From assembly GCA_016217665.1 (NCBI GenBank), contig JACRHF010000019.1, positions 1-47,183 on the forward strand: a DNA stretch of 47,183 bases, read 5' to 3'. A program made the translations under genes and the position numbers. The notes beneath the pieces are model-generated. The model made no database searches and was not told where the DNA came from. It saw nothing but the letters and a program-made list of their open reading frames with translations. Within the stretch, counting starts at the first letter, position 1. Each line of letters starts with the position of its first letter. Below, piece by piece: positions 1 to 8,390 of this stretch. Origin of the DNA: Nitrospirota bacterium (GTDB lineage: Bacteria; Nitrospirota; 9FT-COMBO-42-15; HDB-SIOI813).

Positions 1-279
1 CTCATCCGGGCCTCTATGATCCTGATTCTCTCCTCTTCGGGGAAGGATGAGATGTATCTCTTTACCACTTTTCTGATTCTCCATATCAATCTTAATCTGA
101 GTGCTATTTGGGATATCTTCACCACTCTTGATGATATCTATAGTAATATCCACGGGCAAGTCCACTTCCGCAGGGACCTTTGCCGTGGGTTGCGGAGAGG
201 GCGGCTCCCCAAAGGTATTTCCAGCACCCCATGACAGCGCTATCACGATTGCACCTGAGATTAGTATGATTCTTTTCAT
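1..279 (-). CDS. hypothetical secreted protein, first 93 codons only (gene runs off the window start)
   Basis: Absent from the ORF track because there is no stop codon in the window. ATG at 279 with AGGAGG (revcomp of 288-293) 8 nt upstream. My translation MKRIILISGAIVIALSWGAGNTFGEPPSPQ... has a signal-peptide-like N-terminus and stays open to position 1. Confidence 0.5.
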   Translation of the reverse strand, partial: MKRIILISGAIVIALSWGAGNTFGEPPSPQPTAKVPAEVDLPVDITIDIIKSGEDIPNSTQIKIDMENQKSGKEIHLILPRRGENQDHRGPDE

Positions 280-305
280 TGAAAAAACCTCCTTTCGGTC
301 GAGAA

Positions 306-359
306 GGGGTCAGGTCTTGAATCTTGATGTGTCTACATCAAGATTCAAGACCTGACCCC
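306..359. repeat. perfect 25-bp inverted repeat with 4-nt loop (intercistronic hairpin)
   Basis: GGGGTCAGGTCTTGAATCTTGATGT gtct ACATCAAGATTCAAGACCTGACCCC read directly. It lies 8 nt after the anti-sigma stop and before the RBS of the next minus-strand gene. There is no U-tract on the coding strand. Confidence 0.9.
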
Positions 360-367
360 ACAGATGG

Positions 368-1129
368 CTAAATGCCGTTCACCTTAATATCAACAGACTG
401 TTCCTTTCGAGCCAGACCTTTCTCAATCAAGACCGTCACTCTCCACTGACCTCGCGCCACTCCACGGACTGTTAAGGGAATTAAATTCCGTCCACTCTGA
501 AGATCCCCCTCCCATTGCAACCTGTGATCAGCAACGACCTGACCATCCTGTACCATGGCGATCCCCGCAGGGAGTTCCAGATAAAAACGAACCTGTTCCA
601 CCGGCTCCCTCGCATCAAACCAGATCCGTACGAGGGTATCCTCATTGAGCCCGACATGAACCCCGGCTATATCTGTCTTGTAAGTGGCAACGGTCGCCGG
701 CGCTCCGGATTGTTCTGTCTTTATTGAATAGTAATAAATGGGGATCAGAAAGAGAAGAAGGGCAAGTCCTGCCATGGCCCAGATTCTTGGCGCTTGTAAG
801 ACCGGGAAGACCCTCTGTATCCATTGTATTCGCTGGTGTATTCGCTGGCATATTCGCTGTCCGGTGGAACCCTTTATGGTCTCTACTGGAATTGTCATCG
901 GGGTTACCTCCTGCAGGCGGTCCCTGAGCCTTGCAGAGAATCCGGCAGGAACGGGTTCCTCTCCAACCTGACTGCATAGATTGATGAGCTGCTGCGTCAT
1001 ATCCAATGCCCCGGAGCAACGATGACAGGAAAGAAGATGCTCCTGCACTCTCTCCCTTTGCCTAAAGGAGAGAGAACGGTCGATATAGTCGGCAAACTGT
1101 CCCTGAGTCTCTTTGCAAAGTGGATCCAT
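368..1129 (-). CDS. anti-sigma factor, zf-HC2 type, single-pass membrane protein
   Basis: 253 aa, 37 nt downstream of the ECF sigma gene. N-terminal H-x3-C-x2-C motif (HLLSCHRC), one hydrophobic TM segment (IWAMAGLALLLFLIPIYYY), and an extracytoplasmic C-terminal domain. Confidence 0.8.
   Translation of the reverse strand: MDPLCKETQGQFADYIDRSLSFRQRERVQEHLLSCHRCSGALDMTQQLINLCSQVGEEPVPAGFSARLRDRLQEVTPMTIPVETIKGSTGQRICQRIHQRIQWIQRVFPVLQAPRIWAMAGLALLLFLIPIYYYSIKTEQSGAPATVATYKTDIAGVHVGLNEDTLVRIWFDAREPVEQVRFYLELPAGIAMVQDGQVVADHRLQWEGDLQSGRNLIPLTVRGVARGQWRVTVLIEKGLARKEQSVDIKVNGI
825..860 (-). repeat. in-frame 12-bp tandem repeat x3 inside the anti-sigma gene
   Basis: TGTATTCGCTGG TGTATTCGCTGG CATATTCGCTGT on the + strand. 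It encodes QRICQRIHQRIQ in the juxtamembrane linker. Confidence 0.9.
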
Positions 1130-1166
1130 TTTTCCTCTTCCTGTTATATTAGACGGAAAATTTTAT

Positions 1167-1730
1167 CTAAAAGTTCCCGGAAAGGATGGTTCGAAGTTGA
1201 TTTCTTGCCCGGTTGAGCCTGGATTTCACAGTCCCGATAGACGCGTCTACTATTTCTGCAATCTCCTGGTATGAGAAACCCTGAATATCCCTTAAGATCA
1301 AGATGGTTCTAAATTCCGGGGGGAGTTGAGTGATGAGCTTTGCAATCCAGTCCTGTATCTCTTCCTGCCTCAAACGGTCGTAAAAAAGACGAGAGGCCGC
1401 GTCAGTGAGATCACTCTTTATCTCATCTGCATCATCCTCTGAAAAATATACTTTCATCTCGGAGGAACGCCCTTCTTTCCTCCAGTGGTCCTGCCAGGTG
1501 TTGTAAACGATCCGGTAAAGCCAGGTGGAAAAATTCGAATCACCACGGAAGGATGCGATGGAGCAATAGGCCTTAATAAGGGCCTCCTGACAGATATCCT
1601 CCGATTGCGTCGGGTCTCCGGTCATCCGAAGGGCATAGTTATAAACCTTTTGTTGATATTTAAAAACAAGTTTCTCAAAGGCGGTTTTGTCCCCGTTCTT
1701 CGCTTCTTCTATAAATACGGTTTCATCCAT
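1167..1730 (-). CDS. ECF-type RNA polymerase sigma-70 family factor
   Basis: 187 aa. Region 2 (YNYALRMTGDPTQSEDICQEALIKAY) and region 4 HTH (FSYQEIAEIVDASIGTVKSRLNRAR), followed by a cognate anti-sigma gene. Confidence 0.9.
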   Translation of the reverse strand: MDETVFIEEAKNGDKTAFEKLVFKYQQKVYNYALRMTGDPTQSEDICQEALIKAYCSIASFRGDSNFSTWLYRIVYNTWQDHWRKEGRSSEMKVYFSEDDADEIKSDLTDAASRLFYDRLRQEEIQDWIAKLITQLPPEFRTILILRDIQGFSYQEIAEIVDASIGTVKSRLNRARNQLRTILSGNF

Positions 1731-1978
1731 TCTTCCAGTGAACCTCAGTTTATCAGTAACTTTGATGCCTCAAGACATTGCAAAGGCTTTGAAGCGATAT
1801 TTTTAAAATCTTCGCAAAATCCATGCCCTCTTTAAACCAGTCATCCTTTAAGACAGGATACATCAAATTAAAGTATCTATTAAGCCTTTTGTCAAGCTGT
1901 GACAAGTGTGGGTAGTGGGTAATTGCCATTTAAAAATCAATGTGATAGTGTAATAAGATATAAAGAAGAGGGGGTTAT

Positions 1979-2206
1979 ATGCACGGAATGAAAGAAATAA
2001 TACAGGAAGCCGAGTCCTTACCTGTTGAAGAGCGGGCTATGGTTATTGATTCCCTGCTCCGAACGCTAAATCCTATATCTGCCACAAAAGATGTAGAATG
2101 GGTAAAGGTTGCCAAACGCCGACTGGCAGAGTTGCGATCTGGCCGTGTGAAGGCCATTCCTGGAGATGATGTTTTTGCTAAAATCCGGGAGCGCTTTGAG
2201 AAATGA
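1979..2206 (+). CDS. addiction-module antitoxin (putative addiction module component family)
   Basis: 75 aa. The AESLPVEERAMVIDSLL motif is typical of this antitoxin family. GAGGGGG RBS and an ATGA stop/start overlap with the toxin gene. Confidence 0.75.
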   Translation: MHGMKEIIQEAESLPVEERAMVIDSLLRTLNPISATKDVEWVKVAKRRLAELRSGRVKAIPGDDVFAKIRERFEK

Positions 2207-2493
2207 CCTTCTCATTTCATCCCGAGGCAGAAGCAGAGTTTAACGAAAGTATAGAATACTACGAAGAATGTGAACAGGGACTTGGCTATGATTTCTCTAT
2301 CGAGGTGTTTGCCGGCATTCAGAAAATTGTCAACTATCCAACTGCCTGGCCGGTCATGGAAGAATACATCCGGCGTTGTCTTGTAAACCGTTTCCCATAT
2401 GGTCTTATTTACAGTATTGAGCAGGCCGGGATTTTCATCCTTGCGGTAATGCATTTGCGACGGCATCCTGATTATTGGAAAAATAGACATTGA
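2203..2493 (+). CDS. RelE/ParE family type II toxin
   Basis: 96 aa. Plasmid-stabilisation (ParE/RelE) fold signature, e.g. FPYGLIYSIEQAGIFILAVMHLRRHPDYW. 4-nt overlap with the upstream antitoxin. Confidence 0.8.
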   Translation: MTFSFHPEAEAEFNESIEYYEECEQGLGYDFSIEVFAGIQKIVNYPTAWPVMEEYIRRCLVNRFPYGLIYSIEQAGIFILAVMHLRRHPDYWKNRH

Positions 2494-2978
2494 AATGGCA
2501 GAACAAGGCGTTCCACTCCGCTTGCCCAGAATGGACTGCACCCCTCAAACTGGACAAAATATGAATACATTACCTCTACCTTTTTCCATTTAGCTTCCAT
2601 AGTGGTGCAACTAATCAAAACAATACTAATTATAAAAAAACTTAATAGTAAGCATATTTTGCCCACTCGTATCTTCCTTTTTGTTGCGACCATAGGAAAT
2701 TCAAAATTCCGTTTGAATAATAGACCCCACAACTGGTGGGTGTCAGTTAACGGAGAATTGGGGTATTCCGGCGGACAGGATGTTTTGAATCAACGTCGTC
2801 TTTCCCGTTTGCCGTGGCCCGAAGAGAAAAAAACTGTGCCTTCCGATGGGGAGAGTAATGATACGATTAAACATCGCTGGTTACCCTATAGGTAAATTTT
2901 ACAAGGCAATTTTAACTTATTATCTCCCTGTATTCAAGAGAAGTTTTTAACCATTCATCCCAGGCAAACCTTCCCTAA

Positions 2979-3108
2979 GAGGCTGTTGAAAAAGTCCTGT
3001 ACTGTCACCCTGAACGAAGTGAAGGGTCTGATAACTCATGGTTTATCAGATTCTTCGCTTCGCTCAGAATGACAATCCTGGACATTCCATGCTTTTTCCA
3101 ACAGCCTG
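2979..3108. repeat. nested-hairpin palindromic element (outer arms GAGGCTGTTGAAAAAGTCC / ...GCTTTTTCCAACAGCCT)
   Basis: Outer imperfect inverted repeat 2979-2997 vs 3081-3108. Inner 28-nt imperfect inverted repeat 3003-3030 (TGTCACCCTGAACGAAGTGAAGGGTCTG) vs 3047-3074 (CAGATTCTTCGCTTCGCTCAGAATGACA), where all arm differences are transitions. The outer arms resemble those of the element at 24419-24544. Confidence 0.75.
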
Positions 3109-3163
3109 CTAATAAATAAACCGGGGCATTACAAGGTATCAAGTGCACAGCCATGGCCAGTGT

Positions 3164-3192
3164 TTGACAGGCAAAACTCACCGTGCTATTTT
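3164..3192 (+). promoter_or_regulatory. candidate sigma-70 promoter for sqr
   Basis: TTGACA (3164-3169), 17-nt spacer, TATTTT (3187-3192), about 80 nt upstream of the ATG at 3275. Confidence 0.4.
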
Positions 3193-3274
3193 AGCCAGAC
3201 AAAACACTGGTCCCGGGTCTTACTCTTTCTCTTTACGGGACGGCGGGATGGGACGAGGAGTGGAAGGGGGGGAC

Positions 3275-4528
3275 ATGGCAAAAATCGTAATCATAGGCGC
3301 CTCCACGGGCGGGCTGCCTGCGGCTTATGAGATAAAGGCCCTCGTGGGCGCTGCCCACACCGTAACGGTCATCTCTAATACGGAGACCTTTCATTTCGTC
3401 CCTTCAAATCCCTGGGTCGCTGTGGGGTGGAGGACAAAAAAAGATATCAGCTTTCCCTTGAAACCGTATTTTGAGAAAAAGGGGATCCGGTTCATCGCCG
3501 AGGCCGCGGCTAAGATAGACCCACAGCGAAGCGAGGTCATTACTGTCCTGGGGACTGTTGTCCCCTACGATTATTTAGTGATCGCCACCGGACCCAAATT
3601 GGCGTTTGAGGAGATTGACGGCCTTGGGCCTGAGAGAAATACCGTCTCGGTCTGCACTGTAGATCATGCGGAGTATGCCTATAATGCGTACCAGAGACTC
3701 CTGGAGAAACCGGGGCCGGTAATCATCGGCGCGGCACAGGGGGCGTCTTGTTTCGGTCCTGCCTATGAGTTCAGTTTTATCATGGATACAGACCTGCGCC
3801 GGAAGAGGCGCCGGAGAAAGATCCCGATGACCTTTGTCACCTCAGAACCTTACATCGGACATCTGGGGCTCGGCGGGGTCGGTGATTCCAAAGGTCTCCT
3901 GGAGCACGAATTCCGTCAAAGGGATATCCGGTGGTACACCAATGCCAAGATAAAAAAAGTCGAACAGGATAAGATGACTATTGAAGTCATCAACGAAGGC
4001 GAGAAGGAGATCCCCTGCGGTTATGCGATGATCATCCCTGCCTTCAAGGGTGTTGACGCCGTGGCCCAGGTTGAAGGCCTCTGCAACCCCAGGGGTTTTG
4101 TCATCGTGGATGCCAACCAGAGGTCGCCAAAGTATCCGAACATCTATGCCGTGGGCGTCTGCATCGCCATCGCCCCGTCTGAGCCTACCCCGGTCCCGAC
4201 GGGTGTGCCCAAGACGGGGTACATGATCGAGTCCATGGTTTCTGCCGCGGCGCATAACATCAGGGCATCCGTCAATGGTGAGCCGGTCTCTTCCAGGGCG
4301 ACCTGGAATGCCGTATGCCTTGCGGACCTGGGGAACACCGGGATCGCCTTTGTCGCCATGCCGCAGAACCCGCCGAGGGACGTCACCTGGTCCAAAAAGG
4401 GGAAATGGGTCCACCTCGCCAAGATCGCCTTTGAGAAATACTTTATCCGCAAGATGAAAAAGGGGGTGAGCGAACCCTTCTATGAAAAGATGATCCTCCG
4501 TGCATTAAAGATCAAAAAGATTGAGTAA
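3275..4528 (+). CDS. sqr: sulfide:quinone oxidoreductase (type I SQR)
   Basis: Start moved to ATG 3275 (MAKIVIIGASTGG, an FAD Rossmann motif) with a GGAAGGGGGGG RBS. Strong similarity along the whole length to Aquifex-type SQR as I recall it: DYLVIATGPKL, SCFGPAYEF, MTFVTSEPYIGHLGLGGVG, TGVPKTGYMIE, KWVHLAKIAFEKYF. Confidence 0.9.
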   Translation: MAKIVIIGASTGGLPAAYEIKALVGAAHTVTVISNTETFHFVPSNPWVAVGWRTKKDISFPLKPYFEKKGIRFIAEAAAKIDPQRSEVITVLGTVVPYDYLVIATGPKLAFEEIDGLGPERNTVSVCTVDHAEYAYNAYQRLLEKPGPVIIGAAQGASCFGPAYEFSFIMDTDLRRKRRRRKIPMTFVTSEPYIGHLGLGGVGDSKGLLEHEFRQRDIRWYTNAKIKKVEQDKMTIEVINEGEKEIPCGYAMIIPAFKGVDAVAQVEGLCNPRGFVIVDANQRSPKYPNIYAVGVCIAIAPSEPTPVPTGVPKTGYMIESMVSAAAHNIRASVNGEPVSSRATWNAVCLADLGNTGIAFVAMPQNPPRDVTWSKKGKWVHLAKIAFEKYFIRKMKKGVSEPFYEKMILRALKIKKIE

Positions 4529-4584
4529 TATACAAGGTTTAAACTGGGGCAGATGATGACCTTCATTGTGTGCTGACTTTATCT

Positions 4585-5088
4585 TTAATCTTTGGCTGTT
4601 TTGATGTACTCTCTCAAAACAGCATTAATCAATGTTTGATACCCTACCTTTTTTTCGCTGGCGATCTTTTTAAGGTAAAGCAAAATGTCATTATCAAGCC
4701 TCATAGAAGTAGATATCTTTTTGGGACGATAAAAACGCCCTCTGACACCATGTGAAAAATCATACTCTTCCTTTAGCACAAATTCCTTTTTTTGTTTAGA
4801 TTCCAATGTCTTCATATTCTTCCCTTTCTTTTTTTTGGCCTTTCTTGCTGTTATAATCCTTATAATCTCGTTGCCATCTTCTGTTATATAGTATAGGTGG
4901 CCTATGACTATAATCTTCCTTTCCTTTGTAAGGCCTATAGTAATCCACCTTTCCTCGAAATAATCAGATCTCTTATCCAGGAGCGAGATGTGAAAAGGGT
5001 CGTCGAATACATCTTTTGCCTCTTCAAAAGAAAATCCATGCCTCTTTCTATTTTCCTTGTTTTTATATTCATCCCACTCAAAACGCAT
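4585..5088 (-). CDS. BrnT toxin (DUF497) fused in frame to BrnA antitoxin
   Basis: 167 aa. Residues 1-~88 are BrnT-like (MRFEWDEYKNKENRKRHGFSFEEA...IRIITARKA). Residues from M92 (ATG at 4815) are BrnA/RHH-like (EYDFSHGVRG...STSMRLDNDILLYLKKIA...GYQTLINAVLREYI). The two parts are joined across an A8 run (T8 on + at 4829-4836). Confidence 0.8.
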   Translation of the reverse strand: MRFEWDEYKNKENRKRHGFSFEEAKDVFDDPFHISLLDKRSDYFEERWITIGLTKERKIIVIGHLYYITEDGNEIIRIITARKAKKKKGKNMKTLESKQKKEFVLKEEYDFSHGVRGRFYRPKKISTSMRLDNDILLYLKKIASEKKVGYQTLINAVLREYIKTAKD

Positions 5089-5153
5089 AACTAATTTTAG
5101 GGGAAAGCATATACAATGTCAATACAACGGGCATAGATTTGATGAACTCGTAG

Positions 5154-7001
5154 CTATGCATTTTCGAAGAACCTCTGTACTGCGTCAACCGCATGTACGA
5201 TCTCCATCTCTGGGAGTGAGGCGATAATCGTCCTGCCGTAGGAACTGGTCACAAGCCGGCTGTCGAGGATGGCGACCACGCCCCTGTCATCCGTGCCGCG
5301 GATCAGCCTTCCGATCCCCTGCCTCAGGAGGAGGATGGCAGAGGGGAGCGCGAGATCTGAAAACCAACGCTCTTTGAGCCTCCGGCACCGCTCATCATAG
5401 ACCGGATCCCCGGGAGAGCCAAAGGGCATCTTGACGATCACCACCAGGCTCAGCTTCTCCCCTTTGATATCCACCCCCTGCCAGAAGGTCGCTGTGGCAA
5501 GGAGGACCGAGTCAGGCGTCTCCCGGAACCACTCGATCAGCCTCGCCGGCGGCATATCCCCCTGGGCCTTGAACGGATAGTCAATCCGGATATTCCTGGC
5601 CGCAAAGTTGAGATGCTGATATGAGGTAAAGAGGATGAGCGCCCTCCCCCGCGAGGCATTGACAAGCCCCTCGATTGTCTTTAAAGACTCCTGTTGAAAG
5701 GACTCGTTGTTCTCTTTGTCCGGGGACGGAAGCTCCCTGTCAATGTAGAGGAGGGCCTGTTTTTTGTAATCAAACGGCGAACCAATCACCTTCTCTCTGA
5801 ATCCAGCAATGCCAAGCCTCTCCTTAAGATAACTAAAGTCCCCTCCCGCGGTCAGGGTGGCCGATGTCAGGACCATGCTCTCATAGCTCCTGAGCAGGCC
5901 CTCAAAGGGCGTCAGAGACTCGACCATGTTGCTCCTGATCTCAAGGTATCCACGATTCCATCCTAAATAATAGACCCTCTGCTTGTCCCCCTGTTCAATC
6001 AGATCCTCCATGTCCCGCACCAGGGATTTGATACTGGTGATGGTCGTCTCCATCCTGTCCCTTGCCTCAGCATTTAGGATCGCCCCTTTCTCTGCATTCA
6101 ATCTGCTGATGACCTTATCCAGTGCCAGAAGCCTTTTTAACTCTTCAAGACCGGAAATAGCGGACCCGGGGATTGGATAGATTGCCTGGGTCTGAGTCTC
6201 AATCCCCTGCGATAACCTCCTCCCTTTAAAAAAGGACTCCATCGGATCAAAGAGGTGCTCCACAGCCATCTTCAACCCCTTCAGGCGATAGAGGAGCCAT
6301 AAGACCCGCGAACGGGTCAATGCCGTGCCAAAGACATGAGAGATCACATTCTCTAATTGATGGGCCTCGTCAATAATCAGTTGATCATGAAAGGGGAGTA
6401 TCTTCCCCTCTGAGAGAAGGTCGTAGAGCAGAAGGTGGTGATTGACTACAAGGATATCCGTATCCGAGAGGGCCCTGTAATGCCTGTAGTAGAAACAGTC
6501 ATTGTAGAATGGACACTCCCTCCCGCTGCAGTCATCAGAATCGCCGCAAATTCGAGACCAGAAATCCGGGATAAAGGGGAGTTCGTCCTTGTCACCGGTC
6601 TCTGTCGTAGAGACCCAGTCCGTAAACCTGTTATAAGACTCCCCTGCCTCTATATACTCCTTCTCCCGCTTCAGACAGAGGTAATTATTCTTCCCCTTGA
6701 GGAGGGCAAAGGTAAAATCATGAGAGAGGAGCTTCTTTAAGACGACCAAATCCTTGCTGACCAGCTGGTCCTGCAGGGCAATGGTGGCTGTAGAGATGAT
6801 GGTCTTCTCCTCAGAGAGGATGGCAGGGATGAGATAGGCAAAGGATTTTCCAACGCCGGTGCCTGCCTCGATCAGGAGCCGCTGTTTATCCCTCAGGCAG
6901 TTCAAGACCTCCTCTGCCATCTCCACCTGCTGGGGCCGGTTTTCATAACCGGGAAACCCCTTCTTTAGCCTCCGGAAGTCTGCTGCCAGTTCCTTCATCA
7001 A
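5154..7001 (-). CDS. dinG: ATP-dependent DNA helicase, DinG/Rad3 (XPD-like Fe-S) family
   Basis: 615 aa. Walker A GTGVGKS, DEAH box IIDEAHQLE, and a Cys cluster between them (CLKREKEY ... CGDSDDCSGRECPFYNDC) typical of the 4Fe-4S helicase domain. Confidence 0.85.
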   Translation of the reverse strand: MMKELAADFRRLKKGFPGYENRPQQVEMAEEVLNCLRDKQRLLIEAGTGVGKSFAYLIPAILSEEKTIISTATIALQDQLVSKDLVVLKKLLSHDFTFALLKGKNNYLCLKREKEYIEAGESYNRFTDWVSTTETGDKDELPFIPDFWSRICGDSDDCSGRECPFYNDCFYYRHYRALSDTDILVVNHHLLLYDLLSEGKILPFHDQLIIDEAHQLENVISHVFGTALTRSRVLWLLYRLKGLKMAVEHLFDPMESFFKGRRLSQGIETQTQAIYPIPGSAISGLEELKRLLALDKVISRLNAEKGAILNAEARDRMETTITSIKSLVRDMEDLIEQGDKQRVYYLGWNRGYLEIRSNMVESLTPFEGLLRSYESMVLTSATLTAGGDFSYLKERLGIAGFREKVIGSPFDYKKQALLYIDRELPSPDKENNESFQQESLKTIEGLVNASRGRALILFTSYQHLNFAARNIRIDYPFKAQGDMPPARLIEWFRETPDSVLLATATFWQGVDIKGEKLSLVVIVKMPFGSPGDPVYDERCRRLKERWFSDLALPSAILLLRQGIGRLIRGTDDRGVVAILDSRLVTSSYGRTIIASLPEMEIVHAVDAVQRFFENA

Positions 7002-7050
7002 CTCTCCACTACTTGCCTTTCATTCCCCCTTTCCAATATACTTCAGATTG

Positions 7051-8244
7051 ATGAAAATTCCAAAGATAAAAGTAGACAAAAAGTGCGCGGCAAGGCTCCT
7101 CCAGGGTCACCTCTGGGTCTTTGATAATGAAGTCATGAACGTGGAGGGGGCGTACACCAACGGCGATGTGGTTCATGTGACGGATCACAAGGGCAGGACC
7201 ATCGGGAAGGGGTATATCAACGACCGCTCAAAGATCGTCATCAGGGTCCTGACCTTCCGGGATGAGGAGATAGACAGGGCCTTCTTCCGCCGAAGGATTG
7301 AAGAGGCCATGGCATACCGGCGATCTCTGGGCTATCCTCAGGATGGCTCCTTCAGGGTAGTCTTCAGTGAAGGGGACCTCCTCCCCGGCCTGATCGTGGA
7401 TAAGTATGACGAGACTCTGAGCCTCCAGATCCTCACCCTCGGGATAGAGAGGTGGAAGGAGGAGATCGTTGAGATATTGAAGGAGTTGATCCATCCGGAG
7501 ACGATCATCGAGAGGAGCGATGTCGAGGTCAGGCGAAAGGAAGGACTGGAGCCCACAAAGGGGATCTTATGGGGAAAGGGGGAGGAGAAGACCCTCATCA
7601 CCCTGGATGGCCTGAAATTTGAGATTGATCTCATGGAGGGGCACAAGACAGGCTTCTACTTGGATCAGCAGGAAAATCGTCGCCTCATCAAACCCTACGT
7701 CGCAGGCGGAAGGGTCCTGGATGCCTTTTCCTACACCGGGGCCTTTGCCCTCTATGCGGCGAAATATGGGGCAAAGGAGGTCCTGGCGCTGGAGGACTCC
7801 GGCAAGGTCATGGAAGGGTTGAAACAGAACATCGGGCTCAATCATTTTGAAGAGAGGATCGCCGTTGAAAAGGGGGACGCCTTCCAGTGGTTGAGGGACA
7901 GGCATAAGGCTGGTGAGCGGTTTGACTGCATTATGCTCGATCCGCCGTCGTTTGTCAGAGAGAAGGCCACAAGAGGCGGCGCCGTACGTGGCTACAAAGA
8001 TATCAACCTGATGGCGTTGAAGTTGCTTACAAACGGTGGCTATCTGATCACCTCCTCCTGCTCTCAGAACATCTCACCCGATCAGTTTCTGGACATTATC
8101 CACGAGGCCGCTAATGACGCAGGCTGCCTCCTGCAATTAACAGAGAATCGCTCCCAGTCAAGAGACCACCCCATCCTCCTCTCCATGCCCCAGACCCATT
8201 ACCTGAAGTTTGTCGTGGCACGAAAGATGGCGAAGGAGGGATAA
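7051..8244 (+). CDS. rlmI: 23S rRNA (cytosine-C5) methyltransferase RlmI-like, PUA + class I SAM-MTase
   Basis: ATG at 7051 (the track starts at TTG 7048). PUA-like N-terminus, then SAM-binding LDAFSYTGAFAL and the catalytic region DCIMLDPPSF. Confidence 0.85.
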   Translation: MKIPKIKVDKKCAARLLQGHLWVFDNEVMNVEGAYTNGDVVHVTDHKGRTIGKGYINDRSKIVIRVLTFRDEEIDRAFFRRRIEEAMAYRRSLGYPQDGSFRVVFSEGDLLPGLIVDKYDETLSLQILTLGIERWKEEIVEILKELIHPETIIERSDVEVRRKEGLEPTKGILWGKGEEKTLITLDGLKFEIDLMEGHKTGFYLDQQENRRLIKPYVAGGRVLDAFSYTGAFALYAAKYGAKEVLALEDSGKVMEGLKQNIGLNHFEERIAVEKGDAFQWLRDRHKAGERFDCIMLDPPSFVREKATRGGAVRGYKDINLMALKLLTNGGYLITSSCSQNISPDQFLDIIHEAANDAGCLLQLTENRSQSRDHPILLSMPQTHYLKFVVARKMAKEG

Positions 8245-8248
8245 TAGA

Positions 8249-8289
8249 CTTACAAAATCAACTGATGGAGCATAATCTCTTGCCAGGAT
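8249..8289. repeat. 41-bp direct repeat, copy 1
   Basis: CTTACAAAATCAACTGATGGAGCATAATCTCTTGCCAGGAT is identical to 9681-9721. It starts 5 nt after the rlmI stop. Confidence 0.98.
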
Positions 8290-8350
8290 CGATGAGGCGA
8301 AGCAATCTCCTGAGTTTTCACCGGAAATTGCCGGGCAGCGACACTTTTTA

Positions 8351-8390
8351 TTGACTTGGTATTCGTCATTTATTATACTAAATGACGAAT
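8351..8390 (+). promoter_or_regulatory. near-consensus sigma-70 promoter with a 12-6-12 palindromic operator over the -10 box
   Basis: TTGACT (8351-8356), 17-nt spacer, TATACT (8374-8379). Perfect inverted repeat ATTCGTCATTTA (8361-8372) / TAAATGACGAAT (8379-8390). The predicted TSS is around 8386, past ATG 8382 and just before ATG 8394. Confidence 0.55.

Noticed and set aside
16-355. + strand ORFs 16..234 and 101..355
   Set aside because: The minus strand carries an uninterrupted ORF with a strong RBS and a signal peptide (1..279). The + ORFs have no RBS or motifs, and one of them runs through the 25-bp hairpin.
1888-1904. TTGTCAagctgTGACAA palindrome upstream of the toxin-antitoxin pair as promoter or operator
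   Set aside because: It is plausible as an antitoxin operator, but I could not pair it with a convincing -10/-35 arrangement, so I did not call it as a feature.
2472-2895. ORFs 2472..2732 (-) and 2602..2895 (+) in the AT-rich gap between the toxin gene and sqr
   Set aside because: They overlap each other, and I recognise no family. The minus ORF has a lipobox-like LISC, but it overlaps the toxin 3' end and lacks a clear RBS. I left the gap unannotated as possible gene remnants.
3143-3274. N-terminal extensions given by the ORF track for sqr (3143), nuoI (27728), the L-like subunit (24456), ORF 37658..38530 and mobA (41050)
   Set aside because: Internal ATGs with an RBS coincide with the conserved N-termini (Rossmann MAKIVIIG, ATGA coupling, and so on). 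Several of the extensions are translated from repeat elements or overlap the upstream genes.
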